The notes under the pieces are model-generated. The model did no database searches, was not told the origin of the DNA, and worked only from the letters and a program-made list of their open reading frames with translations. The translations under genes were made by a program, and so were the position numbers. From Deferribacterales bacterium (lineage in GTDB: Bacteria; Chrysiogenota; Deferribacteres; Deferribacterales; Geovibrionaceae), in the NCBI GenBank assembly GCA_050253335.1, contig JBFWJG010000022.1, positions 1-37,520 on the forward strand: DNA of 37,520 nucleotides, given 5' to 3'. This document shows, piece by piece, positions 27,591 through 36,070 of the stretch. Positions within the stretch are counted from its first letter, which is position 1, and each line of letters starts with the position of its first letter.

Positions 27591-28667
27591 CTATTTTCTC
27601 TTGTTTTTCAAATACTTCTTGAGCTGTTTCATTTCGCCTTTGCCGCCGAACATCCGTTTTATCTTCTCCTGCTCGGTCTGGCGGGAGCTCAGCCCGTCAT
27701 AAGCTGTTTCCCTGAGAAGCTTGAAATATCCTGCGAGGCGGCCTTCACTCAGCCCACCTTCCTCAACAGCCGCCCTGACGGCGCATCCGGGTTCTCTCAT
27801 GTGGGTGCAGTCGCGGAAACGGCAGTTTGCGGCAAGCCGCTCTATGTCCTCAAAAGCCTTTTCCAGATCCGCGGCGTAAAGGTGCAGTTCCCTCATTCCC
27901 GGGGTATCTATCACCGTTCCGCCCTCCGGCAGAAGCATCATCTCCCGGCTGGTTGTGGTATGCCTGCCCTTATCGTCGCCGGAACGGATTTCGTTCACCG
28001 CAAGGACATCACGCCCCATAAGCCTGTTGATCAGCGTGGATTTCCCCACGCCGGAGGAGCCGATGAAGGCTACTGTCTCCCCTTCCGCTATATATTTCCT
28101 CACTGTCTGCCAGCCGTTCTCCTCAAAGGATGAGCAGATGACAATCTCCGCTCCGCCGCTGACGGATTCCGTTTCCTCCAGCTTTTCAACCAGATCCGCA
28201 CACAGATCCGCCTTGGTGAGGATTATAACGGGCTTTGCCCTGCTCTCCCATGCGGCGGCGAGATACCGCTCAAGCCTGCGCAGATTGAAATCCGCGTTCA
28301 GCGCCATGCAGATGAAGACAGTGTCAATATTGGCGGCGACTACCTGCACGCCTCCGGCGGTTCCGGCCGCCTGCCTCACGAACAGGCTTCTGCGGGGGAG
28401 GATGCCGTGTATTGCGGCGTCACCTCTGCTTCCTTCCGTTCTGTCAACCATGACCCAGTCGCCAACAGCGGGAAAATCCGCTCCGGTTTCCGCCTCATGG
28501 AGCAGTCTGCCTGTCACTGACGCCTGAATCTCGCCGTTTTCTGTGATTACCTTATATAAATTGTGGTGCTGACCGGAAACTCTGGCGATGAACATTCCTT
28601 CATATTCAGCCGCTTCACCTGTCAGTTCTTCATTAAGTCCGTATTTTTTTAAATCTGTTCTGCTCAT
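27591..28667 (-). CDS. rsgA: Ribosome small subunit-dependent GTPase A, long-form paralogue
   Basis: Circularly permuted GTPase order TKAD, GSSGVGKS, GRHTTT, DTPG; Zn finger CRFRDCTH...PGC; ATG 28667 after GGAGG. Confidence 0.93.
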   Translation of the reverse strand: MSRTDLKKYGLNEELTGEAAEYEGMFIARVSGQHHNLYKVITENGEIQASVTGRLLHEAETGADFPAVGDWVMVDRTEGSRGDAAIHGILPRRSLFVRQAAGTAGGVQVVAANIDTVFICMALNADFNLRRLERYLAAAWESRAKPVIILTKADLCADLVEKLEETESVSGGAEIVICSSFEENGWQTVRKYIAEGETVAFIGSSGVGKSTLINRLMGRDVLAVNEIRSGDDKGRHTTTSREMMLLPEGGTVIDTPGMRELHLYAADLEKAFEDIERLAANCRFRDCTHMREPGCAVRAAVEEGGLSEGRLAGYFKLLRETAYDGLSSRQTEQEKIKRMFGGKGEMKQLKKYLKNKRK

Positions 28668-28734
28668 TTCATCCTCCGAAAATCTGACTTTTCCTCCGGA
28701 GGGTGTCAGGAGATATACGTTCTCCGCGCCCTCC

Positions 28735-28773
28735 TCAGGCGGGCACAATCTCCGTGTATTTACTCTTCATCAT
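28735..28773 (-). CDS. Putative leader peptide MMKSKYTEIVPA upstream of rsgA
   Basis: AAGGAGG, 7 nt, then ATG ATG AAG AGT AAA TAC ACG GAG ATT GTG CCC GCC TGA, followed by competing hairpins. Confidence 0.65.
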   Translation of the reverse strand: MMKSKYTEIVPA

Positions 28774-28892
28774 AAAAAAGCCTCCTTGTTCGGTATTCCT
28801 GTCTGTTTATAGCATATCCGCAAAAAAAGGGTTCTTTTAATCGCCCGTTTTCCCTATAATCAACCCAATTAATTAAAAGGTGTCCGAATATA

Positions 28893-31034
28893 ATGATCAA
28901 TTACAAAAACGAACTGAACAAGGGCCAGTATGACGCCGTGGTGCGCACTGATGCCCCGCTTCTTGTCCTCGCCGGAGCGGGAACGGGAAAGACAAGGGTT
29001 ATCACCTACCGCATAGCTTACCTTATAAATGAAACAGGCGTTGAGCCTGAACGCATCCTCGCCGTGACCTTCACCAACAAGGCGGCGGAAGAGATGAAAC
29101 ACCGTCTGCGCGGGCTTGTGGGCACTGCTTCCGCCTCGGTCTGGATGGGCACTTTCCACAGCATATCACTGCGCATTCTCCGCAGGGACGGCTCCGCAGT
29201 CGGGCTTAAACCCGGCTTCGGCGTAATAGATCAGGACGACCGCATGGCTCTTTTCCGTGAGGTCATCAAGACACTTAAAATTGACCACAAAAAATACCCG
29301 CCCAAACAGTATATGAACAAGATAAGCTGGTTTAAGAACACCCCGCAGTATGTTGAAGGGCAGATTCCCGATGCGGGAGCCTTCCACAGGGTGGACGAGG
29401 TTTTCAGGGAATACCAGAAACGCCTTGAGGAACAGTTTCTCATTGACTTCGATGATATGCTCAGCCTCACCATCCGCATGTTTGAGGCTTCCGAAGAGGT
29501 AAGGCAGTATTACTCCTCCATGTTTGAGCATATCCTTGTGGACGAGTATCAGGATACCAACGCGATTCAGTTCATGTTCCTGCGCCTTCTTGCCGGAAAA
29601 ACGGGCAAAATCTGCGTCGTGGGCGATGACGACCAGTCCATATACGGCTGGCGGGGGGCGGACATCCGCAATATCCTCGAATTTGACAAACACTTCTCGG
29701 ACGTGGAGATAGTGAAGCTTACAGAAAACTACCGCAGTACGGCAGATATTATCGCACGGGCAAACACCCTGATTAAAAACAATGCCATGCGCAGGGGCAA
29801 GGAACTCACCGCCCACCTTGAAACAGAAGGGGCTCTTGAGCACCACTCACTCCTGAATGAAACTACCGAAGCCGATTTTGTGACGAAAATGATCGTGAAA
29901 TACGCCGGAGAAGGGATAAGCTACGGCGATATGGCCGTTCTCTACCGCACCAACGCACAGTCGCGAAACTTCGAGGTAAACCTCAACAAAGCAGGCATAC
30001 CATACAAAGTGGTGGGCGGCACAGCCTTCTACCAGAGGCGTGAGATCAAGGATCTGCTAAGCTATCTGCGCTTCTTTGACAACAGTTTCGACAGCGTATC
30101 CTTCTCTCGAAGCCTCACCACCCCCTCAAGGGGAATAGGCACGACATCCATAGACAAAATAAAGGACTTTGCCTCCAAAAACGCAGTCAGCCTCACCGAG
30201 GCGGTGAAGCAGATGTTTTCCTCGTTCGGCAGGAGCCAGCAGGAGGCCTTCCGCCAGTATATAGGCATACTTGACCACCTCGCCTCCCTCACTAAGGTCA
30301 GCGAAATGGTTAACGCAGTCATAGAACGCACAGGCTACAAGGACTATGTTCTCGCCAACGAGAGCGAAGAGGAAGCGAAAAAGCGCATTGAAAACATATT
30401 CGAGCTTTACAACGCCGCGGTGGCCTTTGAGGAAACATCACCCGAAGGCACACTGACCGACTTTCTCGCCAGCACATCCCTCAGCACCTCCACGGACGAA
30501 GCCGCCGGAGACAGGGTAAGCCTCATGACAATCCACTCCGCCAAGGGGCTTGAGTTTGACACTGTTTTTCTCACAGGACTTGAGAACGGCCTCTTCCCCC
30601 TTTACGGCAGCATTGATGAGCCGGAACAGCTTGAGGAGGAACGCAGGCTCTGCTATGTGGGCATAACAAGGGCAAAGCGCAACCTCTATGTCACCTGCGC
30701 GGAATCACGCATTATATACGGAAACAGAACCGTGAGCGCCCGCTCATACTTTCTGGAGGAGATGGGGTTCGCCAAGGCGAAAGCGGCCTTTGCGCCCTCA
30801 AGCCGTCAGTTCGACCGCTTCCAGCCTCAGGTGAGAAAACCGGCGCAGACAGCAGGCAGCAGCGCCTCAAGCCAGACAAAGGCAGGGAAAAAGGTGCGAC
30901 ATGAAAAATTCGGCGAAGGGATAGTTATAAGCACCAGCGGGGAAGGAGCGGCGGAAAAGGCCGAGGTGTTTTTCAAAAACGCCGGAGGGCTGAAAAAAAT
31001 AGTCACTGCCTTCCTCACCTTCATTGATGAATGA
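28893..31034 (+). CDS. uvrD: UvrD/PcrA superfamily I DNA helicase
   Basis: AGAGTGKT, VTFTNKAA, VDEYQD, VGDDDQSIYGWRGA, NYRS, MTIHSAKGLEF and EERRLCYVGITRA motifs; Tudor-like C-terminus. Confidence 0.95.
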   Translation: MINYKNELNKGQYDAVVRTDAPLLVLAGAGTGKTRVITYRIAYLINETGVEPERILAVTFTNKAAEEMKHRLRGLVGTASASVWMGTFHSISLRILRRDGSAVGLKPGFGVIDQDDRMALFREVIKTLKIDHKKYPPKQYMNKISWFKNTPQYVEGQIPDAGAFHRVDEVFREYQKRLEEQFLIDFDDMLSLTIRMFEASEEVRQYYSSMFEHILVDEYQDTNAIQFMFLRLLAGKTGKICVVGDDDQSIYGWRGADIRNILEFDKHFSDVEIVKLTENYRSTADIIARANTLIKNNAMRRGKELTAHLETEGALEHHSLLNETTEADFVTKMIVKYAGEGISYGDMAVLYRTNAQSRNFEVNLNKAGIPYKVVGGTAFYQRREIKDLLSYLRFFDNSFDSVSFSRSLTTPSRGIGTTSIDKIKDFASKNAVSLTEAVKQMFSSFGRSQQEAFRQYIGILDHLASLTKVSEMVNAVIERTGYKDYVLANESEEEAKKRIENIFELYNAAVAFEETSPEGTLTDFLASTSLSTSTDEAAGDRVSLMTIHSAKGLEFDTVFLTGLENGLFPLYGSIDEPEQLEEERRLCYVGITRAKRNLYVTCAESRIIYGNRTVSARSYFLEEMGFAKAKAAFAPSSRQFDRFQPQVRKPAQTAGSSASSQTKAGKKVRHEKFGEGIVISTSGEGAAEKAEVFFKNAGGLKKIVTAFLTFIDE

Positions 31035-31039
31035 AAAAC

Positions 31040-31069
31040 TTGAAAATACCGTGCATGTAAGGATATAAT
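31040..31069 (+). promoter_or_regulatory. Putative sigma70 promoter of gatCAB
   Basis: TTGAAA-18 nt-TATAAT. Confidence 0.5.
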
Positions 31070-31187
31070 GTTATTTTTGCCCCGCATGAAACTTCGGTTT
31101 CAGGGGGTTCGGGGGATTTTTTACATAAGGAGTTCCCCTGAAAACATGGCAGAAACAGGAAATTAAATATTACAAGGGGTTATACAG

Positions 31188-31475
31188 ATGTCCATAACCG
31201 ATAAAGACGTAAGGCACATAGCCAAGCTTGCCCGTCTGAAAGTTGATGACGCGGAAGTTGAGAAGCTCGCAGGTGAACTGGGTTCCATTCTCGGCTACAT
31301 AAAGAAGCTTGAGGAGCTTGACGTGGCGGGTGTTGAACCCACATCCCACGTTCTTGACCTTTACAGCGTAACAAGGGCGGACGAGGCGAAACCTTCCCTC
31401 GGCACGGAAAGAGCCCTCGCAAACGCTCCCGAAGCCGAACACGGCCATTTTAAAGTTCCGAGAGTGATAGAATGA
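31188..31475 (+). CDS. gatC: Asp/Glu-tRNA amidotransferase subunit C
   Basis: VRHIAKLARL, VEPTSH, ALANAP and FKVPRVI motifs. Confidence 0.95.
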   Translation: MSITDKDVRHIAKLARLKVDDAEVEKLAGELGSILGYIKKLEELDVAGVEPTSHVLDLYSVTRADEAKPSLGTERALANAPEAEHGHFKVPRVIE

Positions 31476-31478
31476 TCA

Positions 31479-31573
31479 GGGCTGCATGGATGCAGACCCG
31501 CCGTGCGAAGCGAAGCCGTGTTCACCACGGCGCGAGCGTGTGCGGAAATACCGCAGGATGCAGGGATTTCCGC
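31479..31573 (+). repeat. Structured intergenic repeat, copy 1 (REP-like)
   Basis: The 43-nt core 31499-31541 matches 37102-37144 at 37/43 positions and is flanked by hairpins. Confidence 0.75.
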
Positions 31574-31599
31574 GGCAGTAAAGACACCAGGGTGATAGA

Positions 31600-33063
31600 A
31601 TGAACATTTTAAACATGACTCTCAAAGAAATGAGCGCGGCTCTGAAAGATAAAAAACTTTCCTCAAAAGAGCTGGTTTCATTTTATTCAGACAGGATACA
31701 GAAATATGACGGAGATCTTCAGGCGTTTCTCCATGTTAATGAAAACGCCCTGAAACAGGCGGAAGAGGTTGACGCGAGAAGAGCTAAGGGAGAAAATCTT
31801 CCGGCTCTGGCGGGTATTCCCATCGCTCTTAAAGATCTCATAGTGACTGATGACATGCCCACCACCTGCTCATCCCGCATACTGAAAGACTTCCGTGCGC
31901 CTTATAACGCCACTGTGACGGAACTGCTCAGAAAAGAGGGGATGGTGGTCCTCGGCAAGCTCAGCATGGACGAGTTTGCCATGGGTTCCTCCAACGAAAC
32001 CTCTTACTATAAACAGACACGCAACCCGTGGGATCTCTCCCGTGTTCCCGGCGGTTCCAGCGGCGGTTCTGCGGCTTCTGTTGCGGCGGGGCTCACCCCT
32101 GTTTCCCTCGGAAGCGACACGGGCGGCTCCATACGCCAGCCCGCCTCACTCTGCGGAATAGTCGGCCTCAAACCCACATACGGCACAGTTTCCCGTTTCG
32201 GACTCATCGCCTTCGCCTCCAGCCTTGACCAGATAGGCACATTCTCCCGCACGGCGGAAGACGGCGCAATGGTGCTTTCCGCAATCGCAGGGCATGACCC
32301 CAAGGACTCCACATCCGCATCCGTGGCGAAGAAAGACTACACCCTTGAGCTCACAGGCGATGTGAAAGGGCTCAAGATAGGCATACCCACGGAGTTTTTC
32401 GCCGAAGGGCTCGACCCTGTGGTGAAAGAGCGTGTGGAAGCGGGAATAGCAAAGCTCAGGGAACTGGGCTGCGAACCTGTGGAAATAAGCATGCCCCACA
32501 CTGACTACGCCGTATCTGTTTACTACATAATCGCCACTGCGGAGGCCTCAAGCAACCTTGCCCGTTTTGACGGCGTGAAATACGGCTACAGGGCAGAGAG
32601 CGAAAACCTGTACGACATGTACACCGCTACCCGCTCTGCGGGGTTCGGCGCAGAGGTCAAGCGCAGGATAATGCTCGGAACATACGTGCTCAGCGCTGGC
32701 TATTATGACGCTTACTACATAAAAGCGCAGAAGGTGCGTACGCTTATCAAGCAGGACTTTGAAAAAGCATTTGAGAAAGTGGACGCTATCATCTGCCCCA
32801 CATCCCCCTCGACCGCTTTTAAATTCGGCGAGAAGTCATCCAACCCCCTTGAGATGTACCTGAGCGATATATACACCATCTCCCTGAACCTCTACGGCGG
32901 ATGCGGACTCTCTGTCCCCTGCGGTTTCGATAACAAAGGGCTCCCCGTGGGGATGCAGATCCTCGGCAAATATTTCGAGGAAGGAAAAATAATGAACATA
33001 GCCCACGCCTTTCAGCAGGCTTCCGGCGTATCAACTGACGTACCCGAAGGATTTAAGGAATAG
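31600..33063 (+). CDS. gatA: Asp/Glu-tRNA amidotransferase subunit A
   Basis: Amidase signature PGGSSGGSAA, GSDTGGSIRQPA, SNLARFDG and EVKRRIMLG. Confidence 0.97.
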   Translation: MNILNMTLKEMSAALKDKKLSSKELVSFYSDRIQKYDGDLQAFLHVNENALKQAEEVDARRAKGENLPALAGIPIALKDLIVTDDMPTTCSSRILKDFRAPYNATVTELLRKEGMVVLGKLSMDEFAMGSSNETSYYKQTRNPWDLSRVPGGSSGGSAASVAAGLTPVSLGSDTGGSIRQPASLCGIVGLKPTYGTVSRFGLIAFASSLDQIGTFSRTAEDGAMVLSAIAGHDPKDSTSASVAKKDYTLELTGDVKGLKIGIPTEFFAEGLDPVVKERVEAGIAKLRELGCEPVEISMPHTDYAVSVYYIIATAEASSNLARFDGVKYGYRAESENLYDMYTATRSAGFGAEVKRRIMLGTYVLSAGYYDAYYIKAQKVRTLIKQDFEKAFEKVDAIICPTSPSTAFKFGEKSSNPLEMYLSDIYTISLNLYGGCGLSVPCGFDNKGLPVGMQILGKYFEEGKIMNIAHAFQQASGVSTDVPEGFKE

Positions 33064-33066
33064 ATC

Positions 33067-34506
33067 ATGAAATATGAAGCTGTCATAGGGCTTGAGGTAC
33101 ACGCTCAGCTCTCAACAAAATCAAAGATATTCTGCTCCTGCTCCACCGCCTTCGGAGCGGAAGCAAACTCACAGGTATGCCCCATATGCCTCGGTATGCC
33201 CGGCACGCTCCCCGTGCTGAACGAAAAGGTTGTGGAATATACTGTCAAGGCGGGGCTCGCCGTGGGATGCCGCATTGCGGAGAAAAGCATATTCGCCCGC
33301 AAGAACTACTTCTACCCCGACCTGCCGAAAAACTATCAGATCTCCCAGTATGAGCTGCCCACATGCATCGGCGGCGAAGTGCACATAGAGCTTGAGGACG
33401 GAAGCAAAAAGGTAATCGGCCTCACCCGAATCCACATAGAAGAGGATGCGGGCAAATCCATCCACGGTGAAAACCTCGGTTCCGCAGGGAACAGCTTCAT
33501 CGACCTCAACCGCACGGGAACTCCCCTTATGGAGATAGTTTCCGAGCCGGACATGAGAACAGGAGAAGAGGCGAGAGCATACCTCACCAAGCTGAAATCC
33601 ATACTGAAATATCTCGATATCGCAGACTGCAACATGGAGGAGGGCTCACTCCGCTGTGACGCAAACGTCTCCATACGTCCTGTCGGTCAGGAAGAGTTGG
33701 GCACAAAGGCGGAGATCAAGAACATGAACTCCTTCCGCAATGTGCAGAAGGCCATAGAATACGAAATACGCCGTCAGGAAAAGGTTCTGAACGAGGGCGG
33801 ACGCATTGTGCAGGAAACAAGGCTATGGGACGCGGCAAAAGGGATCACCGTCTCCATGCGCAGCAAAGAGGAGGCTAACGACTACCGCTACTTCCCCGAC
33901 CCTGACCTTGTGCCCATCGTCCTCAAGGCGGACTATGTGGAAGCCGTGCGCGCCACGCTCCCCGAACTGCCCGATGCGAAGATGGCACGCTTCATGAGCG
34001 AATACGCACTGCCTGAGCACGATGCCATAGCCCTCACAGCGGAAAAGGCATACGCAGACTACTTTGAGGAAGCGCTCAAAGGCTTCAGCAACCCGAAAAT
34101 GATCGCAAACTGGATCCTCTCAGAAGTGCTCAGCACACTGAACGAAAAACAATGCGGCATATCTGATGCGGGCATATCCCCCGCCCAGCTTGCTGAACTG
34201 GTAAGCATGATAGACAGCGGCAAAATCAGCGGCAAAATAGCCAAAGACGTTTACAAAGCCGTGATCGACTCAGGGAAAAATCCCGCCAAGATAGTCGAGG
34301 AGCAGGGGCTTGTTCAGAACTCCGACTCAGGCGAGCTTGAGGCGATCGTGAAACAGGTCATAGATGCGAGCCCCGCAGAAGCCGAGCGGTATAAAAACGG
34401 CGAAAAACGCCTTCAGGGCTTCTTCGTCGGACAGGTTATGAAACTCTCCAAAGGAAAGGCAAACCCGCAGATGGTAAACGATATTATCGCAAAGCTTCTG
34501 GGATAA
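33067..34506 (+). CDS. gatB: Asp/Glu-tRNA amidotransferase subunit B
   Basis: IGLEVH, RKNYFYPDLPK, EEDAGK, EIKNMNSF, DYRYFPDPDL and KGKANP motifs. Confidence 0.97.
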   Translation: MKYEAVIGLEVHAQLSTKSKIFCSCSTAFGAEANSQVCPICLGMPGTLPVLNEKVVEYTVKAGLAVGCRIAEKSIFARKNYFYPDLPKNYQISQYELPTCIGGEVHIELEDGSKKVIGLTRIHIEEDAGKSIHGENLGSAGNSFIDLNRTGTPLMEIVSEPDMRTGEEARAYLTKLKSILKYLDIADCNMEEGSLRCDANVSIRPVGQEELGTKAEIKNMNSFRNVQKAIEYEIRRQEKVLNEGGRIVQETRLWDAAKGITVSMRSKEEANDYRYFPDPDLVPIVLKADYVEAVRATLPELPDAKMARFMSEYALPEHDAIALTAEKAYADYFEEALKGFSNPKMIANWILSEVLSTLNEKQCGISDAGISPAQLAELVSMIDSGKISGKIAKDVYKAVIDSGKNPAKIVEEQGLVQNSDSGELEAIVKQVIDASPAEAERYKNGEKRLQGFFVGQVMKLSKGKANPQMVNDIIAKLLG

Positions 34507-34528
34507 GCCAGTTATTCCCTAAACTGAA

Positions 34529-34660
34529 AGCACCCTTTCTTTAAAAAAAAAGAAAGGGTACTCTCAGACTCTCTCCCCAAGAAACTTGTTCCTGCGTAAG
34601 CAGTTCCGTTTTTTGGGAAGAGTTTGAGAAACACTTTTTCCCGTAAAAAAGGGTTTCTCA
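34529..34660. repeat. Inverted pair of hairpin units downstream of gatB (REPIN-like; may also act as terminator)
   Basis: Hairpin ACCCTTTCTTT/AAAGAAAGGGT, long imperfect stem 34563-34585 with 34608-34628, and hairpin TGAGAAAC.../...GTTTCTCA. Confidence 0.6.
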
Positions 34661-34712
34661 TGATAAAAACCTTACAAGAACTCTCTATAAATTAAACCAC
34701 ACAGGTGATTTT

Positions 34713-35117
34713 ATGCTGGAAAAGATTGATCACATCGGAATAGCGGTCAGGAATCTGGACGAGGCGCTGAAATTTTACGGTGTCATGGGTGCGGGTGCTG
34801 ATCATTTTGAGGAAGTCCCCACTCAGAAGGTGCGTGTGGCGTTCATCAATGTCGGCGGAGTGAACATTGAGCTTCTGGAGCCCACGAGTGAGGAGAGCCC
34901 AATCGCCAAGTATCTTGAAAAGAAGGGCGAGGGCATCCACCACATAGCCTACAGGGTTCCCTGTGTAAAAACCGCTCTGGACAAGCTCAAATCCGAGGGG
35001 ATAAAGCTCATTGACGAGGAGCCGAAGCCCGGCGCTCACGGAATGCAGATCGCCTTTGTTCACCCGAAAAGCGTGAACGGTGTCCTGACGGAGCTTTCGC
35101 AGGAAGGTGCTCATTAA
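34713..35117 (+). CDS. mce: Methylmalonyl-CoA epimerase (VOC family)
   Basis: IDHIGIAV, IELLEP, GEGIHHIAY, GAHG...AFVHPK and GVLTEL motifs. Confidence 0.9.
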   Translation: MLEKIDHIGIAVRNLDEALKFYGVMGAGADHFEEVPTQKVRVAFINVGGVNIELLEPTSEESPIAKYLEKKGEGIHHIAYRVPCVKTALDKLKSEGIKLIDEEPKPGAHGMQIAFVHPKSVNGVLTELSQEGAH

Positions 35118-35120
35118 GCT

Positions 35121-35393
35121 ATGCTGTACTACATTCTGGCGGTCATAGCCGGGCTGATTCCGTCTCTTTTCCTGCCTGAGGGTTATCACGGGCGTGTGCG
35201 GAGACATCTTTTCACATTCAGCCTTGTGGGATTACTGTTTTTTATGGGCGTGAACCTTGGTAAAGACCCGCATATACTTGAAAAATTAGCTGATTTCGGA
35301 CTTACGTCCTTTATCATATCCGTATTTGTAATAGTTTTCAGCGTGGCGTTTGTCCTGCTGTTTGTTCGTTTATTCGGTAAAAAAGAATGCTGA
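35121..35393 (+). CDS. Small membrane protein, LysO/DUF340 N-terminal part
   Basis: Three TM helices; LLFFMGVNLG motif; overlaps the next gene. Confidence 0.75.
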   Translation: MLYYILAVIAGLIPSLFLPEGYHGRVRRHLFTFSLVGLLFFMGVNLGKDPHILEKLADFGLTSFIISVFVIVFSVAFVLLFVRLFGKKEC

Positions 35394-35980
35394 TTGTGCT
35401 TGTCGCTTCTGTTTTTGCAGGGGCTTTTCTTTCTTTCAACGGTCTTCTCCCTGATGTGCTTGTGAATAACAACGGCATACTGGTGGAGGCGATGCTTTAT
35501 CTCATGCTGTTTCTCATAGGCTTTGATCTGGGCACTTCCAGAGCGGGGCTCAAGGCCACTCTCAAGCCGGACAGATACCTTATCATTGTCCCTGCGGGAA
35601 CAATCGCCGGAACCATATTCGGCGGTTTCCTCTGCTCGTTCGTGATTAAGCTTTCCGCTATGGACGCTATGGCGGTGGCTTCGGGCTTCGGGTGGTATTC
35701 GTTTTCGGCGGTTATACTGGCCAAGGTGAAAAGCGCGGAACTCGGCGCTATCGCCTTCCTTTCAAATGTGATCCGCGAGAGCCTGACCCTCGTATGCGTG
35801 CCTTTCATAGCGAAATACTTCGGCCAGTACGCGGCTATTGCTCCGGGCGGGGCGACAACCATGGATGTTACTCTGCCGGTGATAGAAAAGTTCGCGGGAA
35901 GACGAGCGGCGCTAATAGGCTTTGTGCAGGGGGTTGTGCTGACCACGCTGACACCATTTATCATCCAGCTTTTTATCTGA
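35387..35980 (+). CDS. LysO (YbjE/DUF340)-family exporter
   Basis: GFGWYS, SNVIRE and GGATTMDVTLP motifs. Confidence 0.88.
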   Translation: MLIVLVASVFAGAFLSFNGLLPDVLVNNNGILVEAMLYLMLFLIGFDLGTSRAGLKATLKPDRYLIIVPAGTIAGTIFGGFLCSFVIKLSAMDAMAVASGFGWYSFSAVILAKVKSAELGAIAFLSNVIRESLTLVCVPFIAKYFGQYAAIAPGGATTMDVTLPVIEKFAGRRAALIGFVQGVVLTTLTPFIIQLFI

Positions 35981-36070
35981 CAGGTGTCTTTTAAGCGTAA
36001 ATGTAATTATTCACATACGTTCTACCAACATCTCTGTTAGAATTATTTATATATTTAATAGAGGTGTGTG

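Noticed and set aside
28668..28748. N-terminal extension of RsgA (MCPPEEG...) given in the ORF track
   Set aside because: A strong GGAGG precedes ATG 28667, and the extension overlaps the leader hairpins and has no SD.
28893..31034. UvrD helicase as part of an anti-phage system
   Set aside because: Canonical housekeeping PcrA/UvrD with a Tudor-like C-terminus and no neighbouring nuclease or ATPase partner.
31070..31187. T-box riboswitch upstream of gatC
   Set aside because: No T-box (GGTGGNACC-like) consensus and no terminator with a U-tract; the leader is too short.
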